Positions 8,947 through 17,811 of a DNA stretch of 42,699 nucleotides are shown one piece after another (the first letter of the stretch is position 1; each line of letters opens with the position of its first letter). The stretch is from Candidatus Woesearchaeota archaeon (GTDB lineage Archaea > Nanobdellota > Nanobdellia > SCGC-AAA011-G17 > ARS1403). The notes beneath the pieces are model-generated. The model did not search any database, was not told where the DNA came from, and worked only from the letters and a program-made list of their open reading frames with translations. The stretch is taken from positions 696 through 43,394 of the forward strand of contig JACOZQ010000029.1 in assembly GCA_016181275.1 (NCBI GenBank), given 5' to 3'. Both the position numbers and the translations under genes were made by a program.

Positions 8947-9534
8947 TTTTTTTACTCGAAATTCAATATTTTTCCCAAATAATTTACTTTTAATAATTAT
9001 AAAATTATTTTTTTTCAGCAATGATCTTAATTCAAAATACCCTATGAAATGATAATACCTCATTAATGTTTGTGATTTTTGCTTCCATGGAACATAAGTC
9101 TCTTTTCTTTTAAATAATAATTTTAGTTGTAATTTGTTCCATATTGTAATATATGCTTCTCCATTGTTTTTTAATACACGATGAATTTCCTTTATTCCTA
9201 TTTCTGGATTTTTTAAATGATGTAAAATTGCTATTGCCAAAACATAATCAAATAAATTATCTTTATAAGAAATTTTTTCTGCTGAAGCTAATTTTAAATT
9301 CACTTTGAAATTGTTTTTCTTTGTAAAATTTTTCGCTTGTTTTAGCATCTCTTCTGAAAAATCAATTCCATAACAACCAAAATTTTTGAAGGGTAATAGA
9401 TTTCTACAATTTCCACAGCCAATATCTAATATTTTTCCTTTTTTCCAATTTAAACTTTTTAATTCTTCTAGGGGTTTGTGGCGAAAATTGTCCCAGCTTT
9501 TTGCTATTTGATTCCAAACTTGGCTTTGATCCAT
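8935..9534 (-). CDS. Trm9/ALKBH8-like class I SAM methyltransferase
   Basis: LDIGCGNCRN, GIDFSEEML, LAIAILHHL, TIWN, YVPWK...MRYYHF; the VPW...RYYH motif is typical of Trm9/ALKBH8. Confidence 0.75.
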   Translation of the reverse strand: MDQSQVWNQIAKSWDNFRHKPLEELKSLNWKKGKILDIGCGNCRNLLPFKNFGCYGIDFSEEMLKQAKNFTKKNNFKVNLKLASAEKISYKDNLFDYVLAIAILHHLKNPEIGIKEIHRVLKNNGEAYITIWNKLQLKLLFKRKETYVPWKQKSQTLMRYYHFIGYFELRSLLKKNNFIIIKSKLFGKNIEFRVKKLIS

Positions 9535-9577
9535 AAAGATGAAAGAATTTTTAAAGCCTTATAAATGTTTTTTAGTT

Positions 9578-11176
9578 ATGAACATTGAGCAGTATAAAAC
9601 AAGATTAGCCAAAGAAAAAGGTCTGAACAAATATCCTAAGAACATAGAGATTTCTTTAGATTCTGGAGAAGAAATTAAAACTAAACCCATGAGAACCCAA
9701 TCAGGGGTAGCACCAGTTGCAATTATGACAAAACCAAGAGAATGCAGTCATGGAACTTGCACTTTTTGTCCTGGCGGAGTTAATAGTTTTTTTGGAAATA
9801 TACCCAAATCCTATACGGGAAATGAGCCAGCTTCAATGAGAGCAATCAGGAATAAGTTTGATGCTTATCTGCAAGTATTTAACAGATTGGAGCATTATAT
9901 TTTACTTAACCAAATACCTGAAAAAGTTGAATTAATAATAATGGGCGGTACTTTTTTATCTTATCCATTAGAATATCAGGATAAATTTGTTAAAGATGCT
10001 TTTCTAGCAATGAATGATTTTTCAGATTTATTTTTTGTTGATGGTAAACTAAATAAAAAAGAGTTTAAAGATTTTTTTGAATTCAGTTTGGAATTTAAAT
10101 CTAAAGAGAGAATTGAAAAGATTCATGAAAAGCTTTTACAGCTCAAGAAAAACTCTTCTTTGGAAATTGAGCAGGAAAAAAATGAAACTTCTAATATAAA
10201 ATGTGTTGCTCTGGTTATTGAAACGAAGCCAGATGTGTGCAAGAAGGAACATATAAATCAAGCTTTAAAACTAGGTGCTACCAGAGTTGAAATTGGAATT
10301 CAAACTTTAAATGATTCTATTTTGAAAAAAGTTAATAGGGGGCATACTTTGCAGGATTCAATTGAAGCAGTTAAATTATTGAAAGATGCTGGCTACAAAG
10401 TGATAATGCACATGATGCCGGGTTTGCCGAGCTCAACTACTCAAGAAGATATAAATAATTTTAAAGAACTATTTTCAAATCAAGATTATCAGCCGGATGG
10501 ATTGAAAATATATCCTTGCATGGTTATGCCGGGAACTCCCTTGCATTTGCAATATCAAAAAGGATTATTCAGACCATTAAGAACAAAAGAAGCTGCTGAG
10601 ATTGTCGCTAAAGCTAAAGAATTTATTCCAAAATATTGCAGAGTTTACAGAGTTCAAAGAGATATACCTACTAAAGTTACGATTGATGGTGTTGGATTAA
10701 CTAATTTCAGACAGGTAGTTCGCGAGCTGATGATAAAAAATAATAAAAAATGTGAATGCATAAGGTGCAGAGAAATTAAAAATGATAAAGTAAATTGGGG
10801 CAATATAAAATTGAACAGGATTGATTATGATGCATCCGATGGGAAAGAAATATTTCTTAGTTTTGATGATGATGATAGATTATTAGGTTTCTTGAGATTA
10901 AGAATTCCAAGCAAAGATGTTTTTAGAAAAGAGATAACAAAAAGCAGTGCTATTATTAGAGAAATTCATGTTTATGGAGAAGCGGCAAAAATCGGAGAAG
11001 AAGGAAAAATCCAGCACAGAGGGCTTGGCAAAAAATTATTATTAAAAGCTGAAGAAATTGCCAAGAATGAATTTGGAAAAAATAAAATAATAATAATTTC
11101 CGGGATTGGAGTCAAAGAATATTTTTACAAACAAAGATATGAAAAAGATGGAGTTTATGTATCTAAATTTTTATGA
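9578..11176 (+). CDS. elp3: Elp3 tRNA uridine(34) carboxymethylase (radical SAM + KAT)
   Basis: RTQSGVAPVAIM, CSHGTCTFCPGG (CX4CX2C), SYTGNEPA, ETKPD, LKIYP, RVQRDIP, CECIRCRE, REIHVYG, QHRGLG. ATG 9578 is preferred to 9539. Confidence 0.96.
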   Translation: MNIEQYKTRLAKEKGLNKYPKNIEISLDSGEEIKTKPMRTQSGVAPVAIMTKPRECSHGTCTFCPGGVNSFFGNIPKSYTGNEPASMRAIRNKFDAYLQVFNRLEHYILLNQIPEKVELIIMGGTFLSYPLEYQDKFVKDAFLAMNDFSDLFFVDGKLNKKEFKDFFEFSLEFKSKERIEKIHEKLLQLKKNSSLEIEQEKNETSNIKCVALVIETKPDVCKKEHINQALKLGATRVEIGIQTLNDSILKKVNRGHTLQDSIEAVKLLKDAGYKVIMHMMPGLPSSTTQEDINNFKELFSNQDYQPDGLKIYPCMVMPGTPLHLQYQKGLFRPLRTKEAAEIVAKAKEFIPKYCRVYRVQRDIPTKVTIDGVGLTNFRQVVRELMIKNNKKCECIRCREIKNDKVNWGNIKLNRIDYDASDGKEIFLSFDDDDRLLGFLRLRIPSKDVFRKEITKSSAIIREIHVYGEAAKIGEEGKIQHRGLGKKLLLKAEEIAKNEFGKNKIIIISGIGVKEYFYKQRYEKDGVYVSKFL

Positions 11177-11240
11177 GCAGATAGCTTTAAATATTTGTTT
11201 TGATTAAATTGATAAATGATTCTATACATCGAGGATTAAA

Positions 11241-11891
11241 ATGATATTAGAGCAGAAAAAAAACCGTCTGATTGAGTATTGGAGGAGGGATTTTGATTTC
11301 ACAAATGAAGAGCTTGAAGCATTCAGAGAAGTAAAAAGAGAAAATTTTGTGATTGATGACATGATAGATTATGCTTATGAAGATACCCCCCTCCCATTGG
11401 TTAGAGGAAAAACAATTTCTCAGCCAACTACTGTGATGATGATGACTTCTGCCTTGGAAATAAATCCTGGAGAGAAGATATTTGAAGTTGGAACCGGATC
11501 AGGATATCAAGCTGCTTTGCTAGCAAAATTAACAGGAGAGAATGGAAAAATTTTTTCAACCGAAGTAATCCCTGAATTGGTTATTTTTTCCAAAAATAAT
11601 TTTGCTAAATCCGGGATAAAAAATATTGAAGTACATGAAATTGATGGAAGTAAAGGCCTCGCAAAAGAAGCTCCTTTTGACAAAATAATAATTACTGCTG
11701 CATGCAGGGATTTTCCACAGATTTTAATTGATCAATTGAAAGTAGATGGATTCATTATAGCTCCAGTTGGAAACAAGGATGAACAGACAATGATTCGTGG
11801 CAGGAAATTGGAAAATGGAAGGCTCGAATTAGAATTTCTTGGGCCATTTTTATTTACTCCAATGTATGGAGAGTATGGGTTTGAAATTTGA
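11241..11891 (+). CDS. pcm: Protein-L-isoaspartate O-methyltransferase
   Basis: AYEDTPLP..GKTISQP, EVGTGSGYQAA, APFDKIIITAA, QLKVDGFIIAPVG. Confidence 0.93.
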   Translation: MILEQKKNRLIEYWRRDFDFTNEELEAFREVKRENFVIDDMIDYAYEDTPLPLVRGKTISQPTTVMMMTSALEINPGEKIFEVGTGSGYQAALLAKLTGENGKIFSTEVIPELVIFSKNNFAKSGIKNIEVHEIDGSKGLAKEAPFDKIIITAACRDFPQILIDQLKVDGFIIAPVGNKDEQTMIRGRKLENGRLELEFLGPFLFTPMYGEYGFEI

Positions 11892-11997
11892 ATTTTCTTC
11901 TATTTTTTTCTTAAAGATTATAAAATTTGAAGATTTTTACCTATATCATTTACAAAGAGATAAGCTTATAAACAAATTTTATGATTATTTCCCCGCC

Positions 11998-12674
11998 ATG
12001 ACTTATAATCAAAGAACAACTACGAATCTTCTCGATTATTCATTATCTCCTGAGATAAATTTATTTCTTATGGGAAGGTTGAATAGAAACACTAAGGTAA
12101 GAATACATAGATTGAATGAGCTAGCACAGGAAACCCCTTGCGAAGTACTTGCTGACCAGTTATTGGTGGCTGATAGGATTATATCCTTGATAGCTAGAGG
12201 AATTAGGAGTTCTCTTGAGGACCTTGCTACAAAATTTTATGAATCTTTTGTGAGCGGAGGGAGCAGGCATTCTTTTTGCATAATGGGTGCTTACAACAAG
12301 AATCCTTTAGTTGATTATAGTCTAGGAAAGTTTGATGGCGGCGATTTTCTTGATGGAAGTGAGATAGATTTATTTGGAGATAATAAAACAGCAAGGGAAA
12401 CTCTCAGAAGAATAAGAACTGAAGAAGGCGTTGGGTTATTGAAAATTAATGATGGAGATTATAGAATTATTAACAGCGGAGTGTTGCTTTTCCCTTTGAA
12501 ACTAAATCAAAGAAATATAATCCTCTTGAGAAAAGAGGCATGATGATAAGCTCGGTTCTTGATTTTTCTGGAAAATATGATTCAAGAAGTGACAATCCTA
12601 TCTGGTTTTTCAGGCTTAATGAAAGATTCTCTTTGATACAGAGCGGGAAAGTGTATGATATTGATTACAAGTAA
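11998..12674 (+). CDS. Hypothetical protein, weakly DisA_N/diadenylate-cyclase-like; apparent frameshift near 12490
   Basis: ORF from ATG 11998 stops at 12543, but the -1 frame stays open from 12483 (FETKSKKYNPLEKRGMMISSVLDFSG...SLIQSGKVYDIDYK*) to 12674, next to the tRNA. Confidence 0.4.
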
Positions 12675-12675
12675 A

Positions 12676-12761
12676 TGGGCCCGGGCAGATTTGAACTGCC
12701 GACCTTCACCTTTCTTAAAATATTTGTAAGGGTGACGTCATAACCACTAGACTACGGGCCC
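12676..12761 (-). tRNA. tRNA-Val(TAC) with 13-nt intron at 37/38 (12712-12724)
   Basis: Reverse complement GGGCCCGTAGTCTAGTGGTTATGACGTCACC-CTTACA[AATATTTTAAGAA]A-GGTGAAGGTCGGCAGTTCAAATCTGCCCGGGCCCA. CTTA pairs with intron TAAG and is flanked by 3-nt bulges. Confidence 0.92.
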
Positions 12762-12870
12762 GTAAATCTTTGATTAAAATTTTATTTATTAAATGTTTCT
12801 GTTTTTGAATTGTATACTGCATCATATAAATCCAAAGGTTTTTAAATAAAAAAAATAAAATCTTTTTGAG

Positions 12871-14646
12871 ATGAAAAGCACTAAGGTTGAGAAAGGTTTG
12901 GAAGCGATTAAGGATGAGAATTTAGACGATTTGAGGAAAAATTTGCAAGAAGCCAAAAGCAAGATTGACAAGTTCCAGAAAAACCTTCTTAAAAAATTTG
13001 ACAAATATGTTCTCGGGATTTCATTGTTTCCACCTAAAAAAGAAGACAAAGGCAAAGTTGACTTGTTTGTTTTGTTTGATGACACTGACAGCAAAAAGAT
13101 GAACAAATTAGAGCTGAGAGACAAGCTTTTTTCTATAACTAAAGGCCTTGCTGCCGAAATAGACAAGAATTTCATAATAGAAGTTGCGATGCTGAGCGAG
13201 CTCAGGCAGGACTGCTATGACTCCAAATGGGAATTGGTTGGATTAATAGGATTAGGAATGATTATATATGATCCTAGCGACTTGCTTGCTGCCGTGAAAA
13301 TTTCTGAAGTGCATAAGTCAATGGTGCTGAAAAAATTTGACAAGTATATAGTAAGCTATGTTGCTGCCGGATCTTTATTCAGGGGAGAAAAGGCAAATGA
13401 CATCGATGTTTATGTGATTGTAGATGATACAGATGTCAAAAGAATGAGCAGGTTTGAGCTGAAAGAAAAATTAAGAGCAATAATTATAAGCCAGGGATTT
13501 GAAGCAGCTGCAATAACAAAAGTTGATAAAAAATTCCATATCCAAGTTTATATTCTTACAGACTTCTGGGAGGGAATCAAAGATGCCAATCCAGTATTCT
13601 TTACATTCTTAAGAGATGGAGTTCCATTATATGATAGAGGAGTTTTCATGCCATGGAAATTGATGCTTGAAATGGGAAGAATCAAGCCAAGTCCGGAAGC
13701 GATTGATATGTTTATGACAACAGGAGAGAAAATCTTGGAGAGCGTTAAATACAGATTGAGAGAAATTTTAGAAAAAGATATTTATTGGGCTGTGCTAAAT
13801 CCAAGCCAGGCTGCTCTTATGCTTTATGGAGTCAATCCTCCGACGCCAAAAGAAACAATAGAACTAATGGAAGAAATATTTGTTAAAAAAGAAAAACTTC
13901 TCGAGAAAAAATATGTTGCCATCCTTGCTAAAATAAGAAAATGGTACAAGGATTTGGAGCATGAAAAAATCAAGGAAATTTCTGGAAAAGAAATTGATGA
14001 TCTGCTGAAAGAAAGCGATGATTACCTAAAAAGAATCAGAAAATTATTCGATCAGATTGAGAAGAAAAAAGAAGAGGAGGACGTTGTACAAATATACGAC
14101 ACCTCAAAAAAAATTGTTGATGACGTCTTGAAATTAAACAATATAAAAAGCAAAGACGTTGAAAAAGGATTTGAAAAACTAATCGAGAAAGGCGAGCTGG
14201 ATAAAAGATTGCTTGTTATATATCAAGAGCTGGTTAAGGCAAGAACAGACTATAAAAAAGGAAAATTGTCGAGAGCTGAAATTGACAAAGTAAGAAAAGA
14301 AAGCAGATTATTTATGAGAACTCTGATTGACTACATACAATTTAAACGAGCTCGCGAGCTTGATAGGGTTACATTAAAAGTAAAATATGAAAATAAATTT
14401 GGAGAAGTTATATTATTTGATGACATTGCTTTCGTGATTGAGGATTCATCCAGAAAAGATAAAATCGGAAAAGGAAAGATTGGAGCTGATGGAAGCATAA
14501 TCGGAGTCGAGAACAGCGGCTTGGAAGAGCTAGAGAAATTTGTTGCTGACAAAAAAATACCGAAGAATGTTTTCATAAAAGAAAAAACTTTTGAATCTCT
14601 CAAAACTATTTTTGGAAACCAGGTAGAATTACTGGTAGGATATTAG
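12871..14646 (+). CDS. Tandem nucleotidyltransferase (Pol-beta/MNT) domain protein with HEPN-like helical domain
   Basis: Degenerate first NT domain (VDLFVLFDD) and intact second domain (AAGSLFRGEKANDIDVYVIVDD), followed by IYWAVLNPSQAALM; paralogous to 33308-34084. Confidence 0.8.
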   Translation: MKSTKVEKGLEAIKDENLDDLRKNLQEAKSKIDKFQKNLLKKFDKYVLGISLFPPKKEDKGKVDLFVLFDDTDSKKMNKLELRDKLFSITKGLAAEIDKNFIIEVAMLSELRQDCYDSKWELVGLIGLGMIIYDPSDLLAAVKISEVHKSMVLKKFDKYIVSYVAAGSLFRGEKANDIDVYVIVDDTDVKRMSRFELKEKLRAIIISQGFEAAAITKVDKKFHIQVYILTDFWEGIKDANPVFFTFLRDGVPLYDRGVFMPWKLMLEMGRIKPSPEAIDMFMTTGEKILESVKYRLREILEKDIYWAVLNPSQAALMLYGVNPPTPKETIELMEEIFVKKEKLLEKKYVAILAKIRKWYKDLEHEKIKEISGKEIDDLLKESDDYLKRIRKLFDQIEKKKEEEDVVQIYDTSKKIVDDVLKLNNIKSKDVEKGFEKLIEKGELDKRLLVIYQELVKARTDYKKGKLSRAEIDKVRKESRLFMRTLIDYIQFKRARELDRVTLKVKYENKFGEVILFDDIAFVIEDSSRKDKIGKGKIGADGSIIGVENSGLEELEKFVADKKIPKNVFIKEKTFESLKTIFGNQVELLVGY

Positions 14647-14681
14647 ATAAATTTTTATTCTTTATTCTATTTTTATTTTTC

Positions 14682-15294
14682 ATGAACTATAAGGAAACAA
14701 ATACAGATGCATATAATGCTTATTCTAATAGGTACGAAGAAAGAACAATTGTATGTGAATGGATAGCCGATGATTTAAACAAATTCTTTGAAAACCTTTG
14801 TGGGTTTAGAATACTTGATGCTGGAGCTGGACCTGGAAGAGATTCTGGATACTTAAGGAAAATGGGGGGGCGTTGTTACCAGTTTGGACTTGTCTGTAGA
14901 AATGCTGAAGCTATGCAGAAATAAAAACCCAAGAATTGTCCTTGCTGATCTAGAAAATTTGCCTTTCTTGGATTCAAAATTTGACGGCATCTTGGCATAT
15001 ACCTCTCTCCTGCACATTCCGAAATCGGAATTTCCAAAAGCTTTAGAAAACATTCGCAGGTTATTAAGAACTTCTGGATTATTTTACATCGGTATGAAAG
15101 AAGGAGACTTTGAAGGGTTCATCGAGAGCAAAAATTATCCGGGAAAGAAAAGATTCTTTTCCTTATATCGAGATAAGGATATAAGAGAGCATCTTGGAAA
15201 ACATTTTAATATAATACATCATTCTTGGAATTATGCTGGGAACGATCTATTTCTGAATTATTTATGCAGAATTATCCCTAATTATCACTATTGA
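14682..15294 (+). pseudogene. Class I SAM methyltransferase split by a +1 frameshift in a G7 run (14864-14870)
   Basis: The N-half has ILDAGAGPGRDS and the C-half has LDLSVEML...FDGILAYTSLLH. Removing one G gives the continuous reading MGGVVTSLDLSVEML. Confidence 0.85.
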
Positions 15295-15727
15295 TTTCAG
15301 CGTCATAGCTTTCCTGTCCAGATTTTTTACAATTTTCGCATTCATAAATTATTTTTCTTTCTCTTATGTGCAGAAGAGCTTCACCGCTGCAGCGATAGCA
15401 TCTTCCATTCAATTCATATTCCAAATTCTCCGGCAGCAACTTTGCAGCAACTTCTAATTTTCTATACAATTCCGGCCGCTTTCCTCTTTCCATATTTGAT
15501 ATGTCTTTTAATATATCCTTTATTTGTACTGGAGATGATTCGAAAAAAACTTTTGCGACAAGATCATGGCTTCCTATTCCCAAACTGCATTGGTAGATTA
15601 ATGAATTCACGTCTCTTCTTGTATGATAATAGCCGCCTGAAAGATTATTTTGCTGACATGAAAAGCACTTCTGCCCTATAATCTTTAAGGCTTCGCTTAA
15701 TGATTCGATTCTTATGCTTTGGTCCAT
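15278..15727 (-). CDS. Hypothetical Cys-rich (zinc-ribbon) protein
   Basis: CFSC, CYRC and CENC motifs. Confidence 0.55.
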   Translation of the reverse strand: MDQSIRIESLSEALKIIGQKCFSCQQNNLSGGYYHTRRDVNSLIYQCSLGIGSHDLVAKVFFESSPVQIKDILKDISNMERGKRPELYRKLEVAAKLLPENLEYELNGRCYRCSGEALLHIRERKIIYECENCKKSGQESYDAEINSDN

Positions 15728-15803
15728 AGTCTTCTAGAGATATTATCTGTATTTATTTATTTCTGCTTTAGAAAATGATGATTAGAAACCTTTTTTGTTT
15801 TCT

Positions 15804-17024
15804 CTAGAAATGCCCGAAACATCTTTCTAGTGTTGCACACATTGCTATATTATATTCATTTGCAGCATCAATAACTTGATTATCATGTATAGAACCAAAT
15901 GGCTGCACAACCGCAGATATTCCTGCTCTTGCTAATAGATCAATTGAGTCTCTAAATGGGAAAAATCCATCTGATGCACATACAGCGTTTTTAAACGGTT
16001 GATCTTGTAACTTTTTATGGCCTTCAATACCATATAAAGGGTCATATTTAATTCCTTCACGATCCATTGCTTTTTGCATTCCTTTTACAATCATTTGCTC
16101 CACTGCTCCAACACGTTCAACCTGCCCTGCTCCAATAGAAACAGAAATTCCATTTCTTACAGCAACCAATCCATTACTTCTCGCGCTTGCAACATTCAAC
16201 CACCATGCTGTTAATAAATCATCTTTTTCCTGATCTGTCGGGTCACGGGCAACAATGTATTTTTCTTTAGTTTTTTTATTTATAACCATCGGGTTTGTTA
16301 TCAAATCTTCTGATGTTTTTATTGCAGTGAGATAAACATCTTGTATTCCTATCCTTCCTGTAGGCATCTCTTTAACAGAAACAAGTCCATATGTTTCATC
16401 GCCTATGAATTTAGGAATGGCTTCTAATCCTGAAAAAGAAGCAATGCGAATATTTCTTGATTGATTTTCTATATAAGATAGAACACCTCCCTCATAACTA
16501 GGAGCTGCTAGTACATCAACAAAGAATGGGGTTTCTCCTTTTAGTTCATATAAAGCCCCTGCGGTTTCTCTATCAATTGTGTAATTAAATACTGCAGTAC
16601 CTCCAAAATTACTTCTTCTGTCTGAATCTCTTGCTAATCTAAATAAATCAGCTAAACTCTGTCTCTTTGTTTGCTTTGCAAATCCAGATAAAATATTATG
16701 CTTCATAATTGCAACTGCCGGAACATTAAAATATTTTAAGCTGTCCATGGCACGTGTGATATCCATTGTATTTGTTAATGATAATCCACCTTTGCCATAC
16801 CCGTCAGATCTAATAGAATTAATATTGGCGATATTAGAAATTCTTGATGCATTCTGTCCATTTATTGTATCAAGAAAATATATTGCTCCTTGCTGATGCG
16901 GATTTTCTCCATATTTTAAATTCCATTCTCTTTGCAAGCTGATAACATAAGTGCTTGGAAAATCTCCTTCATTTCTTTCCCTATATTTTCTTTGAAATTG
17001 ACTTATATCTGTTCCTCTTGACAT
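15804..17024 (-). CDS. purH: AICAR transformylase (PurH C-terminal domain only)
   Basis: LKYGENPHQ, LSLTNTMD, MKHN, SNFGG, RSNG, IGAGQVERV, ASDGFFPFRDSI, QPFGSIHD; no N-terminal IMP cyclohydrolase domain. Confidence 0.92.
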   Translation of the reverse strand: MSRGTDISQFQRKYRERNEGDFPSTYVISLQREWNLKYGENPHQQGAIYFLDTINGQNASRISNIANINSIRSDGYGKGGLSLTNTMDITRAMDSLKYFNVPAVAIMKHNILSGFAKQTKRQSLADLFRLARDSDRRSNFGGTAVFNYTIDRETAGALYELKGETPFFVDVLAAPSYEGGVLSYIENQSRNIRIASFSGLEAIPKFIGDETYGLVSVKEMPTGRIGIQDVYLTAIKTSEDLITNPMVINKKTKEKYIVARDPTDQEKDDLLTAWWLNVASARSNGLVAVRNGISVSIGAGQVERVGAVEQMIVKGMQKAMDREGIKYDPLYGIEGHKKLQDQPFKNAVCASDGFFPFRDSIDLLARAGISAVVQPFGSIHDNQVIDAANEYNIAMCATLERCFGHF

Positions 17025-17810
17025 TTACTCTCCAATCTCACTTCTGTTTCTTATTGCTACTTCTGCCTTTCTGTTTTTTATCATCATGACTGCAGCTGCT
17101 ACTCTATAATTATCTCCCGGATTTTGCCCGCCTTTTATTGCTGCATAAATTGAATCTATAATTTCTTCAGGATTATCAGAACCAATTTTTATATAAATCG
17201 GATTTCCTTCAAATGATAAAAGGGGATTTTCATTACCTCCTTTATATGTTGTCATTAATCTTCCCATACCCGGTGTTAAGACAATAGGATCAACATAACC
17301 CATTTTTTTATCATCAATTCTTTTTACAATGTACATTGCTGCCATCTTTGAAGTTAAACAAGCACTTATCCTTGGTGTGAAATTCGGAGCATCTGGCTCA
17401 TAACTTATAAGGTCAATTCCATCTTTTATTATTTCATCTTTATGGTATTTTTCCGAGAATGCATCTCTCAATATTTTTTCTGGAAATCTATGGCTTGTAT
17501 CTCTTCTTAGTTCTGAAAGAATTAATTCTGTTTGAGTACCATTGCTTGCAATTAAATTATCTTCAAAGCGAGCAACTGCTGGATACAATAATAATGCAGG
17601 ATTTCCTTTTTCTAATTGAGCTAGATCTGTAACACTTGTTCTTATCACTCCACTCTTTTCATCATAAATCAGCTTTCTTGCTTGACTAGATTGACTTCTA
17701 CCTGTTAAAGAATATCCAATAAATGGATGGCTGCTCGGAGTTAATCCTGCTGTGATTCCTCTTCCGCTGTAAATCATTTTTTCCAATGCACTAAAATCAT
17801 TTGATGGCAT
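17025..17810 (-). CDS. purO: IMP cyclohydrolase (PurO-type, Ntn fold)
   Basis: YSGRGI, YSLTGRSQSSQAR, LLLYPA, SNGTQT, YEPDAPNFTPRIS; position within the pur cluster. Confidence 0.85.
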   Translation of the reverse strand: MPSNDFSALEKMIYSGRGITAGLTPSSHPFIGYSLTGRSQSSQARKLIYDEKSGVIRTSVTDLAQLEKGNPALLLYPAVARFEDNLIASNGTQTELILSELRRDTSHRFPEKILRDAFSEKYHKDEIIKDGIDLISYEPDAPNFTPRISACLTSKMAAMYIVKRIDDKKMGYVDPIVLTPGMGRLMTTYKGGNENPLLSFEGNPIYIKIGSDNPEEIIDSIYAAIKGGQNPGDNYRVAAAVMMIKNRKAEVAIRNRSEIGE

Positions 17811-17811
17811 T

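Noticed and set aside
12483-12500. Programmed -1 ribosomal frameshift at TTTTCCCTTT
   Set aside because: Not a canonical X XXY YYZ heptamer in the needed phase, and no obvious downstream structure; simple indel error is more likely.
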